DNA of 64,000 nucleotides from positions 28,644,001 to 28,708,000 of the forward strand of contig OZ231126.1 of the NCBI GenBank assembly GCA_965153355.1. Reading direction: 5' to 3'. The stretch comes from Flaccisagitta enflata (Eukaryota). Position numbers and translations under genes: made by a program. The notes under the pieces are model-generated. The model had not been told where the DNA came from. It ran no database searches and saw only the letters and a program-made list of their open reading frames with translations. Of this stretch, positions 13,831 to 28,632 are shown in pieces (position 1 is the stretch's first letter; each line of letters begins with the position of its first letter).

Positions 13831-14239
13831 CTACTCAACTCAATAAAAAAGCCGCATTTTTAAAATTTTGATTGACATATTGAATTTCAAAATAACTAAT
13901 TGAAATCTTAGATCATTACAAAGCTCTTGAAAAGATCTTTCATTTGGCTCCAATCTGGCAATTCTAGCTTTATTCGTTTAGAAATGGCATAAGAAATGAT
14001 AGAAACATTGTCATTATCAATTTGCAATCCCATTGATAAATATGCATTCTTACAAATTTGAAGATAACTTTTACAAGCTCTAGCTCCTAAACCCTTTGAG
14101 ATACAGATCTGGGATTGGTCTAGAATGAGAGAAAATATAAAAATCTATGAAAATACTTCAACAAAAAAATGTGTTATCGATTTTTTTTTCTTTTTCATCA
14201 ATTCAAAATAGGGTGCGGCTTTTTTTTTCAGTCGAGTAG
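13831..14239. mobile_element. TA-flanked MITE (~409 bp)
   Basis: TA|CTACTCAACTCAATAAAAAAGCCGCA ... TGCGGCTTTTTTTTTCAGTCGAGTAG|TA. Confidence 0.65.
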
Positions 14240-14413
14240 TAATAGAGGTGGGTTTGTTGGTAGGTAGGTTGGTGTGCAGGTAGTTCTTGAGATAGTTGTA
14301 CAAAAGTGAGAGTTTGCTACGCACCGGAAGGTGAAATAGGTAAATTGATAGAAAGAGTTCAAATCGCGTGTCAATTCAGAAGAAAGAATGAATGGAGCAA
14401 AATCTTTTCCACG

Positions 14414-15095
14414 CGCGTCACCGACTTTTAGATGTGACAAAAAGTTCACTCTAGGATGCGTTTAGATAAGATATGGTCTGATGTGTGTTACAAGCTTTTA
14501 AGTGTGAAAAAAGTTCACTCTGGGATGCATTTGACTAAGATATGAACTGATGTGTGTCACTGACTTTTAGGTGGGTCAAAGTTCACACTGGGATGCATTT
14601 AGAGGAGATATGGTCTGATGTGTGTCAATATCTTTTAGGTATGATGCATTTGAATAATATGTGAACTGATGGTCTGATGTGTGTCACAGACTTTTATGTG
14701 TGAAAAAAGTTCACTCTAGGATGCATTTGAATAAGATATGAACTGAAGTGTGTCACCAACTTTTAGGTGGGACAAAGAATTCACCATGGGATGCATTTGA
14801 AAAAGATATGAACTGATGCGTGTCACTGACTTTTAAGTGTGAAAAAAGTTCACTCTAGGATGCATTTGAATTAGCTATGAACTGATGTGTGTCACTGACT
14901 TTTAGATGTGACAAAAAATTCACTATGGGATGCATTTAAAAAAGATATGAACTGATGTGTGTCACCAACTTTTAGGTGGGACAAAAAATTCACACTGGGA
15001 TGCATTTAGATAAGATATGGTCTGATGTGTGTCAACAACTTTTAGGTGTGATGCATTTGAATAAGATGTGAACTGACTTTTAGGTGTGACAAAAA
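14414..15095. repeat. ~65-bp tandem satellite, about 10 units
   Basis: The unit GTGTCACTGACTTTTAGGTGTGACAAAAAGTTCACTCTGGGATGCATTTGAATAAGATATGAACTGATGT recurs with variants and deletions. Confidence 0.9.
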
Positions 15096-15424
15096 TAGGC
15101 ATAGATGTTTTTCAAAAAAAGTTAGGCTCAGAAACGTTTTCACCTTCTATGGAAAATCAACTGCCTGAAAGAAGTATCCAAAACCATGCTATTATTTTGA
15201 AGATTGACCCATTCATGACATAACTTAGTCGTTTGTATCCTTTGGTGTGATATTGTTTAAAGAATGGAACCATTCAATAACAGCATGACATAACTCAGTC
15301 ATTTGTATCCTTTGGTGTGTTTTTGTGTTAAGAATGGAACCATTGAAGCGGCGTCTTAATGAAAGCTTTTTCAGAAGGTCATAAAGGTGAATGAAAGGCG
15401 TTGGCACCTTTCACTCCTCTTTTT

Positions 15425-16007
15425 GGGCAGCGGCCCCGAAGGGGACGAAGTCCTGTAGAACACAGGGGGACTTTTGTTCGTCCGTTCGTGTGTGTTCGTT
15501 CGTTAAATGCGTCCCTCATTAGGCCTCAAGCCCCAAATCTGGCCTCTGAGACCTCGAATCTGGCCTCTCAGGCCTCAAATCCAGCCTGTTAGGCCTCAAA
15601 CCTGGCCTCTTAGGCATCAAATAAGGCTTCTCAGGCCTCAAACCTGGCCTCTCAGGCCTCAAATTAGGCCTCTCAGGCCTCAAATCAGCTATCTAAGCCT
15701 CAGTTTATTGCTCTCAGGCTTCAAATCAGTCCTCTGACCTTTCAAGCCTGAATCCAGCTCTCTCAAGCCTCAAGTCAGCCCTCTAAAGCTTCCCATTGGC
15801 ATTCTGAGGCATTATATTAGCCTTCTTAGGCCTCAGTTTAGGCTCTTGGAGACCTTCAGTAAGCCCTCTATAGCATCTTATCCACTTCTTCAGGCAGGAC
15901 TTCGTCCCCTTTGGGGCCGCTGCCCTGCTTCCCCTCACTCCAATTCACAATCACTCAAAGCAGGGCAACGGGTATCGCTGACCACATATTGCCCTTGGGC
16001 GACCTGT
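15425..16007 (+). mobile_element. HINE-like element, GGGCAGCGGCCCC family copy
   Basis: Starts TTTT-GGGCAGCGGCCCCGAAGGGGACGAAGTCCTG and carries the inverted CAGGACTTCGTCCCC..GGGGCCGCTGCCC. It ends with the hairpin TTGCCCTTGGGCGA followed by TT. Confidence 0.65.
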
Positions 16008-17595
16008 TACTACCTCCCAACCCCCCCCCCCCATCCTAAACGCTTCCGCCATTGCATCTTCCAAAATAAAGCATCTTTTTGTTTGCTTTTTTTTTTTCAC
16101 CTTGCTTTTAAGCTTAAAATCATCTGGAACAGCACTGTACTCTTTTTCCCTTCATTTAATTCCTTTCTAAGTTAAAAGCGGATAGAAGGAAAGGCGGGTG
16201 TCCCAATCTTTGTAGTGTATTGGCATAAAGCAGATAAAATTTGTTGGTCCTTTGTCATCCGTTATTGCGGGGTTTAAATCTATATGGACATGCTTTTGGG
16301 CGATGACCTATGTTTTTACACGTCGGGGAAATTTCTCCTCCTTCTTATCCTTCTCCGTCCGTCCACCCCCCTCCCCTGGAATTACAGTCTCGAGGCCCAA
16401 ATTCTAGTATTGAGGCCCAAATCTCAGTATCAAGGCCCAAATCCTAGCCTTGAGGCCCAAATCCTAGCCTCGGCCCAGAACCCAGCCTTGAGGCCCGAAT
16501 CCCAGCATTGAGGTCCAAATCCTGGCCTGGAAGCCCAGATCCCAGCCTTGAGGACCAAATGCTAGGAGACAAACGGAGGAGCAGAAGGAGGAGGAGAAAT
16601 TTCCCCTATGTGTGAAAGCATAGGTCATTGGTCCCTTTGGGGCCGTTGCCCTGCTTTCCCTTCAACTTCAAGCACAACCTCCTTAGGCAGGGCACGGGTA
16701 CCCCTACCCACATAACGCTTTTGCTACTTTTTTTTCCTTTCTTTGCCCCTACATTTTTAGTCGCGGACACGCGACTCTACACCTTGCCGTGTTGGTCGGT
16801 AGATCGATAGATCGGTCGGTCGGTCCGTCACATTTTTGAATTCCGAGCGGTTTTTGCATTACTGCTCCTGCCCAATCGTCCGTGACTGGATTGCCGTGTA
16901 TCCGCCCTTGTTTTTACTGGAAATCGTTTCCACCGTTTCGTTTGTTACTTTTATTCCATTTGAAAAACACTTTTTTTTAAGATTTCCTCTTTTCACTTAA
17001 TTCAATTTCGCGTTTGTCGCAGATTTCTCTCTGACGTCAGTGAGTAATGCCGGCAGCAGCGGAATTAAAGAACAAAATTAAATTTCCGATTAAGTTTCTT
17101 TTAAACGTTCATTTGATTCATATAGAACTTGATCGACCATCTGTGGCTCAGAAGCTGAGAGGATACTTCTTTCTGTCTTTCCTTCGTTTCCTACTTCTTT
17201 CGCCTTTTTCGTGTTTCTTTTTTAGGTCGCGGACACGCGACTCTACACCTTGCCGTGTCGGTCCGTCCGTTACGAATAATTTTGAATTTCGAGCGGTTTT
17301 TTGCATTACGGCCCTTGCCCAACCGTCCGCGACTGTTTCGCCGTGTATCCGGCCTTGTTTTTCAACAATCTCCAAAATAAGATGAACAACAAATAAAAAT
17401 ATTCGTTGTTGTTGTTGTTTTTTTTTTTTCTCATGGGAATCCGGTTCGTCATCCAGGTTTACCTGACATTCAAGAACTTTTCCCTCGTCGCTGTCGTCGT
17501 CTCTTTTTCCCTTAAATCTCCTCCTCGCTGTCTTTGCCTCTCCTTTCCCTTTATTTTCCTCCTCGCTGTCTTTGCCTCTTACAAATAACTTCCAT

Positions 17596-17998
17596 TTTCC
17601 TCCTCGCTATCTTTGTCTCTTCGCTTTGTTCTTATTGTCACTATCTTTGTCTCTTCGCTTTATTCTTACTGTCCCTATCTTTGTCTCTTCGTTTTTTTCT
17701 TATTGTCACTATCTTTGTCTCTTCTCTTTACTCTTACTGTCACTATCTTTGTCTCTTCGCTGTATTCTTATTGTCACTATCTTTGTCTCTTCACTTAATT
17801 CTTACTGTCACTATCTTTGTCTCTCCGAAATATTCAATCTTTCGCTTCCTTTATCTCTCTGCTTCATTCCATCTGTTGCTACCTTTGTCTCTCCCCTTTA
17901 TTTCACTCGTCTCTATCTCTGTCTCTCCCCTTTATTTCACTCGTCTCTATCTCTGTCTCTCCCCTTCATTTCGTCAATCTCTATCTCTGTCTCTCCCT
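17596..17998. repeat. 36-bp then 33-bp CT-rich tandem repeats
   Basis: TTCTTATTGTCACTATCTTTGTCTCTTCGC units followed by TTTCACTCGTCTCTATCTCTGTCTCTCCCC units. Confidence 0.75.
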
Positions 17999-18165
17999 GC
18001 TCCATCCCAGTTCGGTTTTGCTCTGCTTGTTCCGTCGCCGCGGCAACGGCACCAGAATTCGTGTCTGCGCCAAAACGAGGCAAAAATTGGGTCCAAACTC
18101 GGTTCAGGTCCATCCTTCAATTTCAACTGTTTAGCCCAGGCAAACTCGATTAAAATCAATCATAA

Positions 18166-18271
<106 letters not shown>

Positions 18272-18358
18272 AATCAAATAAGCAGATTTGCCTTTTGTCA
18301 ACTCAAACGCCGGAAAGCGGATGACCTTTGCTGTTGATTTTGATGATGGTGATGATGG

Positions 18359-18417
<59 letters not shown>

Positions 18418-18447
18418 GAGATGGTGATGGTGATGATGATGATGGTA

Positions 18448-18525
<78 letters not shown>

Positions 18526-21500
18526 TTGATGTAGAATATATTGTATAACAAAGGGTGATATCCACATTCAACAGGATCACATTTCAAAATACATAGGTGA
18601 TGGTGGAGGTGATGATGGTGGAGGTTACGTTTGAGATGGTGGTGATGGTGGTGGAGGTGGTGGCGGTGGCGGTGGCGGCGGCGGTGGCGGCGGTGGTGGT
18701 GGTGACGGCGGTGTTAGTGATCTCATTTCAATGTAGATGGCGTTATCAAAGCCAGAGTTAATTGGATCCCAAGAAAATTCGGCGATCACAACCGATAACA
18801 GAGAAAATCCTCGTTCATGTTGAGGTAAAGGAAGGTGCTTAAAAAAGGTTGCCCCTTCCTTTTGATTTTATTTAAAGAAAAAGATAAGTTGGGGTTACAA
18901 TATAGTTATAAACGGGTGGGTAGGGGCGTACAACTTTCACACCCAATATTTAAACACACAAACACTAACAAATAGCATCTTAAACGCGCGTTTTAAGTTT
19001 TTTCAACTTGAGCATAATGGACCGACCAACCAATGGACCAACGGATTGACAAAGCCTCTTACAGAATTGTGTGTCCGTAACCAATACAGCTTTTAATGAA
19101 CGACCTGGTATGCTCAATTGCCAACAAATCACTACCATCAGCTAAATGTTCACGCCATAAAAAGTTACATTTATCAATTACAGTTATTATTACAAATCCA
19201 GCAAGCACATTTGCGATTTGTAATTTCGACCTCCAGATGATCATTTCTAGTTCTACAAATTTGGCTTTCATTCTAATTTAGTACAAACACATCTTCCATT
19301 CTTCTCTCTACTCTATTGTATTCGGCGTTTCGATTTAATCAGCGATTGCATCAGGAGGTTCAGCGGCCAGCGGCAGATGATCAAGAGTGAACTTTGTGCT
19401 CAGCGCCTCAGCGGCGGATGTTAAGACGCCAAATGTTCCCGACTTTTGTTTTTCTTTGTTCTGAATGAAAACCCCGCCCTCAACTTGAGACTCAAGCGCC
19501 ATTCTTCTCAACTTTACACCTTGGCCTCTGCCCACGCGCGCCGTAAACTCCAAACCTGAATACACCTGCTCACAACCCTAGCGACCCTCTTTCTACCCAC
19601 TACCCCCGTCCTCCCCAATCGGCCTTCATACCTCACATATCCTTCCATCCTCATATCTAGCGCCCATCTCCTCAACCTCTCAAATTGGCTCGGTCCAAAG
19701 CGGTTTTTTTCGCCTATAAATCTTGCCCCCGGTTTCTAAGTAGCGCAATTCTTTTTGCTCTTTATTCTTTCCCTTGGAGATTCCTGATCATCCAGAAATT
19801 CACTTTCAGATTTGGATTCAGGGATGGCCCATCAGACATAAAATCAGTTCTTAGGAAAACAAGGCCAACACCTATAAGATGTGTGCGAGACTTGGATTTA
19901 GAATGACTTAGAATGACGTAGAATGATCTAGGATGACTTAGTATACTCTTAAATGACCTAAAATGACTGAAAGGAAAAAAATTGATAAAAAAGTAAAAGT
20001 GTGACGGACCTACTGACCAATGGATGGACGGACAGACGGACGGACAAGGTGTCCACGACTTAAAAAAATACATTTACTTCTCCCACTTATCAATGAAACT
20101 GCTTTCATGAAGAAGCTACTATCAACCACATCAATCAATTGTATCAATTTTAATTACTCAGTAAATTTTTAAAACGTTTTTGTCCGTGTTGTTCTGTAGA
20201 ATAATGAATTCATCTATTTGCACAAGTAAACTTACAAGTGACGCGGGGCCACAAGGTCGTTGCGAATGGGTGGGCAGGGGCAGCCAACCCTCATCCACAC
20301 CCAACGCCCCACCCAACCCCCTCCCAGCACAGACACACACACAAAAAGCTTCTAAAACGCTCGTTTTACCACTTTCGACTAGTGCTCACGGACGGACCAA
20401 CGGACAGACCGATGGACCAACGGACGTTCAAAGCCTTTCAAAGAGTTGCGTTTCCGCAATTCAAAATGATTTTAAAAAGTGAAACATCGGGGCAACAAGG
20501 GCGTCAGTTTCATTCCTTCCCCCTTTGCCTTTTTTTTTTTACGATTCTCCTCCAGTTCTCAATTCTAACTCAGCAAAACCTGTTTTGTCACGGTCTATGT
20601 CTATATTAGAATAAACGTTTTAACCCGATTCTTTCATTCACCAATGATAATTCTTCAACTTTTTAGTCTCTTTAAAAGAAAAGGTGTTTAATTCAAAACT
20701 TTAAAGCGAAAAACGATGCAGGAGTGCGAAAATCCTGCCTATCCATTATTATCTCCTTCGTTGTCTCAGACACGGTCTCTGCCTCAACCTCTTGCTCTGA
20801 CTTTGTCTTAGGTATTCCCTGCCTCTCTGTCACTCTGTTTCTGTCTCTCTGCCTGTCAGTCTCTCCGTCTCTCTGTCTCTCTGTCACTCTGTTTCCGTTT
20901 TCTTGTCTCTCTGTCACCCTATCCGTCTCCTTGTCGCTCTGTTTCTGTCTCCCTGCCTGAGCTGTGTGTCTGCCTGTATTTCTGTCTCTCTGTCTCGCTG
21001 TCTGTCTCTCTGTCCAAAGCAAGCCATACATGTGATTCCATACAGATGAATTTCATTTGAATCTCTATCTAAACACAATAAAATTCCAATTCATCATCCT
21101 TCAGCTTTCATTGGATATAAATCGTGATTAAAAATGAAAATCACAGACTGGTCTCAAACAACGTCTTGAAACGTTTTTCCTCCAAAGAAAATATGATGGA
21201 TGAATTCCTCCTGCATTCTTAAAACATATTCGCCTTCGTCTTTATTCACGTTTTCTTTCTGTTTCTTTTTACGTCTACAATTTTTCACCCGTCCGTTTCG
21301 TCGTGCATCCGGCCTTGTCTTTTAGCATGCTTGATTTGTCTTCTGACAAAAGTAATGGCCATCATTAATCGGTCTCTAATGAAATCGGATCACAGCAAGT
21401 GACGCGGGGTCACAATATCGTTGCGGACGGGTGGGCAGGGGCATCCAACCCCCATCCACCCCTCAAACCCCACTCCATATACAAATATACATAAAAAGTA

Positions 21501-21692
21501 TCCAAAACGCTCATTTTTCCACTTTTTGACTCGATCACCTCTACGGACCAACGGACCGACGGATGGACCAACGGACCGACGGATGGACCAACGGACAGAC
21601 GGACACTGCCCCTTATAGAGTTGTGTGTCCACCACTAAAAACAAAGGATCTAATTTGCCAATTGCCATCACCTCTCATATTCTACTTTACTA

Positions 21693-22296
21693 ACACCCCT
21701 TCCATAATTAGGCGAACTGGGATGAAAAGGCGTTGTTTAAGGGTTGATAAATACATGTATTATCAATTCAAACAATGTAAAACATCAACATCGGTAAATT
21801 TCATCAACACAATGCAAATAAGAACTAAAAATTTTACTGGCTTTCTCCTGATGAGCTGAATTATGCAAATTAGTGAAAAGTCACATTAAGGCCCTCTCTG
21901 GCCATGATCTCAATATGTCACCTTCTTTTCCTGGGCTTTTGTAAGTTTATGCGGCTTCCCCTGCCCCTCTTCCTGTGCCACTGTCTCTTCTGCATCAACT
22001 GACCTCATTACACGATATATGGCGGATTTTTTGCATCCCATCTTCTCAAAATGCTGGAAGGTATACATCTCCCCCTTTGAAACATTTTTCCCGTAGAAAT
22101 TGGCAACAATTTGACACCGCACTTCCGGTAAAAGACCCTCCATCTCCCTTTACATGCAGGAAAGTCCCCTAAATTACTTTACTACGTCAAAATACTACGT
22201 CTTAGCTATCTCTGTGTCAAATTTCATCACTCTGTGTGCATTTTTACTATCCATTTGGATCCTTTTTTCCAGTTCGCTTAATTATGGAAGGGGTGT
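21693..22296 (-). mobile_element. Internally deleted Tc1/mariner-type element keeping an N-terminal HTH transposase remnant (21910-22143)
   Basis: TA|ACACCCCTTCCATAATTAGGCGAACTGG ... CCAGTTCGCTTAATTATGGAAGGGGTGT|TA. The remnant peptide KSAIYRVM...EGQGKPHKLT resembles the Tc1-like HTH plus GRPR linker. Confidence 0.75.
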
Positions 22297-23834
22297 TATA
22301 ATCACCAAACTCATCTCATTTTTCTGCCCTCACCACATTTCTTAGATACACCCACTTCCAACTCAACACCTTTTCCTTTCGCTTTTTCACTATCTACCCT
22401 ACCCAACACGATCCCCCGTCATCGACATACATCAAATTTCTGACAGTCCCTCTCATCGCCTACCCTTCTCCCCTCCCCTCATCTCTTACATTCCTCTCTT
22501 TCCTATTATAACCTACATTCCCCCTATCCTCTCATCACCAAACATTTTCCTCTGCCTCACTTCCCTCGCGTCATTTCACTTCTACGCCATCCCCCTCCTC
22601 CGCCAATTCCCTTTCCGTTCATCTCCACCTCTGCTTCCCGTCATGAATCTTCTCTTCACCCATCTCTTTAACAAAAGTTTTCTTGTTTGTTGACGCGAGA
22701 AAAAAAATACCATCCAAAAAAGAATAATACTAAAAAAAAAAGAATATAGCTAACGGTGTTTGTAAAAGAAAATTGAATTTCAAATGAAATTTTGTTAATG
22801 ACTTGATTGCGTTTACTTCGAGAACCTGGCTGTGTCCATCTTGCTGTACATAATATGACTGCCTGTGATGAATGATGTGTCTGGATGTCTCTCGATATGT
22901 CTAGTATTAAACAGACTAGATGCTGGACAGCAACAGTAATTTTTTTCTCGCTGGGAACAAGCGAAAAAAAACAATAACCGCTTTTAGGTACAGAATAACG
23001 TGGCCGATATCAGGCCATTAAAAAAATCGTCTGCGGGTGTGTATGGGTTATGAAATAGGCGAATAGAGAACTTGGGATGGTGCTGTTGTGTGAAAAAAAC
23101 GCCAGATAAAAAGCCATTTGTTATGACGAACGGTGAGACGGACCCAGCTACGGACAGACTTTAAAAAGTTGTCCATTGTTAAAAAGACAAACGCCTGATT
23201 GGGCTCATGAGAGTTCGGAAGCAATTACAGCATCGAGGCCGAGGAAGTTAGGTTTCATGATGTCAAGTTATTTGTCAAATGAAAGGAGAAAAAAACAATA
23301 GATGCGTCCTCTTCCGATACAAGAGAAAACCCTCAGAATCCCGATGAGAAACTTTTGTACTACCTATGGAGTTACACAGACGGGCCAACCCACCAACGGA
23401 CAAATCCTCTAATAGAGATGCGAGGATGCGAGGATGTAAGGAAAAATTCAATTCGATGCCACGTTGAAGGCAAGAAGGCTTCATTTGATTTAAATGGTAG
23501 TAGTGTAATATTACCACTATATGTGGACATGGTGTATATGACCTTTTCGTCAACTGAATGACTTGTGACAACATTGCTTTATAAAAAAATACATAAAAAC
23601 AAAGGATGAGAGTCTTGGGAACTCTCAATGGTGCTTAATCCGGACCCCTCACAACTATCCTTTATCAATAAAAACATCACTAAAAAATGATACAGTGGGA
23701 ACTTGACCAAAATTGCCTCTCTCAGCGCTCAATCGAAGCCGAGCTTTCTTTTACATTCGCCGACAAGAAAATGTTTCTAATATTGACGCGTTTCGCGCAC
23801 CCATTAGACAGGAGGATCTGCCATCATTTAAAGG

Positions 23835-24120
23835 CGAGTGGGTGAGCGAGTGGGTGAGCGAGTGGGTGAGTTAGTGGGTGAGCGAGTGGGTGAGCGAGTG
23901 GGTGAGTTAGGGGTGAGCGAGTGGGTGAGCGAGTGGGTGAGCGAGGGGGTGAGTGAGTGGGTGAGCGAGTGGGGGAGTTAGTGGGTGACTGAGTGGGTGA
24001 GCGAGTAGGTAAGTGAGTGGGTGAGCGAGTGGGTGAGCGAGTGGGTGAGTGAGTGGGTGAACGAGGGGATGAGCGAGTGGGTGAACGAATGGGTAAGCGA
24101 TTGAGTGAGTTAGTGGATGA
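23835..24120. repeat. 12-bp minisatellite (GCGAGTGGGTGA)n
   Basis: More than 20 tandem units. Confidence 0.9.
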
Positions 24121-24229
24121 GCGCGTGAGCGATTGAGCATGGGATTGAAAGAGTGATTGCGCACGACATATGTCATGTTATAAATCACGTGATCGTTGAA
24201 GTGAGAACTTGCGTAGGCCAGCAATTATT

Positions 24230-24305
<76 letters not shown>

Positions 24306-24329
24306 CTAGTAACTAGCCAAAATTAAGAG

Positions 24330-24460
<131 letters not shown>

Positions 24461-24585
24461 GCTACTACCTGCGGGTAATATATGAAGTGGGGCGGTCGGA
24501 AGTATGGCGGGGGTCAGGAAATTGGTCGGGGGTCAGATGGTAAAAAGTTATTCGCTCATCTGATAGGATGGTGAAGATGGGAAGG

Positions 24586-24650
24586 AGAAGAAGAAGAAGA
24601 AGAAGAAGAAGAAGAAGAAGAAGAAGGAGAGGAATAGGAAGAAGAAGAGT

Positions 24651-24682
<32 letters not shown>

Positions 24683-25006
24683 AAGAAGAAGAAGAAGAAG
24701 AAGAAGAAGAAGAAGAAGAAGAAGAAGAAGAAGAAGAAGAAGAAGAGAAAGAAGACGACAAAAGAGAAGAAGAGAGAGAAGAAGAAGAAGAAAAAGAAGA
24801 AAAAGAAGAAGAAGAAGAAGAAGAAGAAGAAGAAGAAGAAGAAGAAGAAGAAGAAGAAGAAGAAGAAGAAGAAGAAGAAGAAGAAGAAGAAGAAGAAGAA
24901 GAAGAAGAAGAAGAAGAAGAAGAAGAAGAAGAATTAGAGGGAGGAAAAGTAAAAGATGAAGAAGAAGAGGGAGAACATAGACAAAGAAGAAGAAGAAGAC
25001 AAAAAA

Positions 25007-25037
<31 letters not shown>

Positions 25038-25194
25038 AGAAGAAGAAGAAGAAGAAGAAGAAGAAGAAGAAGAAGAAGAAGAAGAAGAAGAAGAAGAAGA
25101 AGAAGAAGAAGAAGAAGAAGAAGAACAAGAACAAGAAGAACAAGAAGAAGAACAAGAAGAACAAGAAGAAGAACAAGACAAAAAGGAAGACAAA

Positions 25195-25229
<35 letters not shown>

Positions 25230-25328
25230 AGAAGAAGAAGAAGAAGAAGAAGAAGAAGAAGAAGAAGAAGAAGAAGAAGAAGAAGAAGAAGAAGAAAAAG
25301 AAGAAAAAGAAGAGGAAAAAGAGGAAGA
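24586..25328. repeat. ~740-bp (GAA)n-rich polypurine tract; many other microsatellites in the window
   Basis: Direct inspection. Others include (AG)n 7562-7712 and 9437-9606, (GTT)n 9851-9949, (GAT)n 18341-18530, (GT)n 30397-30666 and (CAT)n 62262-62466. Confidence 0.95.
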
Positions 25329-26678
25329 TGATAGGAGGTAATCATACGCGGTTTGTCCGCCAATGTTAGTGTTGGATAATCGCTCGGTGGGTTGTCTGTT
25401 TCGGATCATGGTGGTTTCTGTTTTTCTTGAGTTTTTTTATCCACTCATTTTTTTTCCTTTTTAATTCGTTTTTCTTTTATTTCAACATATCAGAGAGTGC
25501 GGTACTTACAACGGCGAAACACCCAATAACATGCTGTGGTAAAAAATCGAGTCTGCTCCAGAGAGGTCCATTGGAGATTGTAAACAAGTCAAAGGAGGCA
25601 TGCATAAAAACAAGGCTGGATAACCAGCTACCCAAGTCCGGTCGGGCAGGGCTGATGATACAAAAAAGACTCCTATACCCTATAAACGCGAACGGCCGGA
25701 CGCACGCACCGACGGACATAGCGGGTAATAGAGTCGCGTGCAGGCAACTATAAAATGACAGATTGAAGAGCTAACCATACAACTTTATAAGTTGATGATA
25801 GTGAATACAGACTTTGAAATGAGATGGTATGAGAAATTGTTGTGGAACCTAACCGAAGCGCGCATTGGTAAAAGTTAAGTAAAACCAGATTTCAAAAAGA
25901 TAAGATACGCAGTTTGAACGTTGTGGGCACTACGGTTGTGGGTTGTGGGCCACATCCATTTCATCATGGGTTTCACGTAAAAGCTTCCTGTGCGTTTAAA
26001 AATCGGCCTTCCAGCTCATTATTGGAGATAACGATGACGCCATTGTACAAACTTTGGGCTGCAACGAAGAACGCCCAACTCATTACTCGTTTTTGGGCAA
26101 CAGCCTCATTGAGAAATGGCATACAGATGGGGGGGTTCTGTTCCCCTTAAATTCATTATTGCCAACACGCTGGTTTCCGAGGAGGCCTTTTTTTTCTTTG
26201 TATCCTTAAAATCGAATATTGGGGCAAGTGATCATCAACATCATTTGCTGAATGATAATTCAACTGGTTCTTGACATTTAATGGAAAGACGACCATAATT
26301 TCTTGACTTTCTCTACCACCCAGATTCATAATCATGATTGGATACTGGACAGACTAGTTCTTTAGTAATGAAAAGACAAGAATAAAGCCGACCATCAACC
26401 AATTTTGGCATCGATCAGACACGAAATTCTCACCTGCTCCCCACTTGTCGTACCCTGGTACCCTCCACCCTCTTCCACCCCCCCTCCTCCATCGTAAGGC
26501 TATGTAACCCCCAATCATTCCCTCCCTTCCCCAATCACCATCCCTATTCCTGATGTTTCGGCTGATCCCTCTTTTTCGATAGTCTTGTTATAGAGTGGAA
26601 CCCCGCTCTAACGGACCCGCCAGCGACGGAATTTCGCCTATAACAACTACAGATGCAAATTCATAATCCCTTCAACTA

Positions 26679-27645
26679 CAGGGAATACCACGCCAAAAGG
26701 GACAAAAGAAAACGACATATTTCTGCTTCCAGAAATGCAACCTCTATTCTGAAAACAGATCTAGAAAGATAATTTCAGACATTTTTTTTTTCAAAAAAAA
26801 CTGAAAGACTTTTTGGCAAAAGTTTTATGTCATTTTTAGCACTTCACACTTACTTTGTTCAATTGTAAATCGCGAAGTAGTATTTCTTTCGAATGAAAAT
26901 CCTTGAGTTGAAATCTATCGATTTTAGCTTTTAAGTTGCTTGTCGCTATGACTAATTCTTATATGTAAGCTCTAAATCAAGGGATATCCATTTAAGGATG
27001 GATTTAAGCCCAGGATTTCACTTCGCGAATCAGTCGAGTGTGACTTAGGCATGATTTTTTGGCTATTTGGTCCATTTTTAGTGATATCAATATACTCACC
27101 TCTGTTCATTTTAGTCCAGAATCTTAAAAAATCAATCAAAAATGCTGGGAAAAGTTTATTTTAAGTAGTTTTTGCCTAAGATCAGAATATTTTTACTTTG
27201 AAACAGAATTTGTCAGTAATTAGCATGATTACAGGCTGTTTAATCTGTCTGAAAACATTGTTCATCATGCAATTAGCCACATCACACTCTCTGATCTAAT
27301 CAAATTTTCATATATCACTCAATTTTTTATAATTTTCCTATTCTTCATCAAATTATCTTTAATTCAAGAACATCCCCAGCTCTTTAGCTCAATCCATTCA
27401 GAAGCAGAAATGGAATAAGTGATCTCTCCCGGAACCTATTAATGGTGAAAAAAGCTCATTGTAAAATCTGTGCTTTCTCTTTGACTTATGACTGAGACCA
27501 CACTTTTTGAATTTTGCCTATGACATTTTTACTTCAAAAAACTGTCTGTTCACATCTTTCTGAGGCTTTTTTCAGAAATGTGATATGATTTTTTAAAGCA
27601 GAAATATGACGTTTTCTTTTGTCCCCCTTGGAGCGGTATTCCCTG
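26679..27645. mobile_element. Tc1/mariner-type non-autonomous element (967 bp)
   Basis: TA|CAGGGAATACCACGCCAAAAGGGACAAAAGAAAACG ... CGTTTTCTTTTGTCCCCCTTGGAGCGGTATTCCCTG|TA. Confidence 0.8.
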
Positions 27646-27665
27646 TAGTTTTCTCGTATTTCTTA

Positions 27666-28323
27666 TACAGACCGACCGAACCTCCGGTTCGAACTGTTTT
27701 TACTGTACGGATCACTCTCCCAGCTCCGTCACTGAATCCGGAGTCGTCAGTCATCAGTAGGTCACCGAATTCAGTAGGTCAATAAACCGAAGTTTGATTT
27801 TTTGTTCACTTTCCTATCGAACGTGCAAATCGGGACTCCAGAATAGCCCTCTAGCATGAAAGATGATTCCACAACAAAACATACATCTGCCCTTCCTTTT
27901 CCAAACGAAATTACATTGCTTATGCTTCCTTTACAAATGAGATCAATCCCTCCGTTCCTCATCAAAACAAGGCCGGATACACGGCCACCAGTTGCGGACG
28001 AGTGGGCAGGGGCAGAATTGTGTGTTTTCCCACTTTTCAACTCGATAAGTAGGGACCGATGGACGGACCAACAGACGGATGGACAGACGGACGGACAAAG
28101 CCTCGTATAGAGTTGCGTGTCCACAACCAAAAAGGAAAGATCGCCGATCGAGACTTGATGTTTCGCTTGTGACTAAATCCTTGACAGTGCAAATCAATTT
28201 TCTTTTAAAAAAAATTCTTCGGTCTTGTTTGTTCATTTAAGGCTGTTTGTGCCGTCTGTCCCTGTGTGTGTAAGTGTGTGTGTGTGTGTGTAAGTGTTTG
28301 TGTGTGTAAGTGTTTGTGTGTGT

Positions 28324-28383
<60 letters not shown>

Positions 28384-28541
28384 TTGTGTGTACGTGCAAG
28401 TGTACGTGTGCGTGTGTGCATGTTTAGAGATCGTCTGAAAGTTAACTTCGGCTTCAATCTTCGGGTCAGGGTACTAATTAAAATCAGAATCAAAATCAAA
28501 ATTAATTTTTTTTTTTGTTGAAAGCAAAATGCTTCATTTAC

Positions 28542-28632
<91 letters not shown>

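Noticed and set aside
14414-15095. CRISPR-like repeat-spacer pattern
   Set aside because: Contiguous ~65-bp tandem satellite without unique spacers.
19335-19460. Possible minus-strand terminal exon (NKEKQKSGTFGVLTSAAEAL...)
   Set aside because: It has an acceptor-like site but no identifiable homology or partner exons.
24465-25409. Long poly-Ser/Leu/Lys ORFs, and similar ER-, CV-, M- and H-repeat ORFs throughout the track
   Set aside because: These are translations of microsatellites, not genes.
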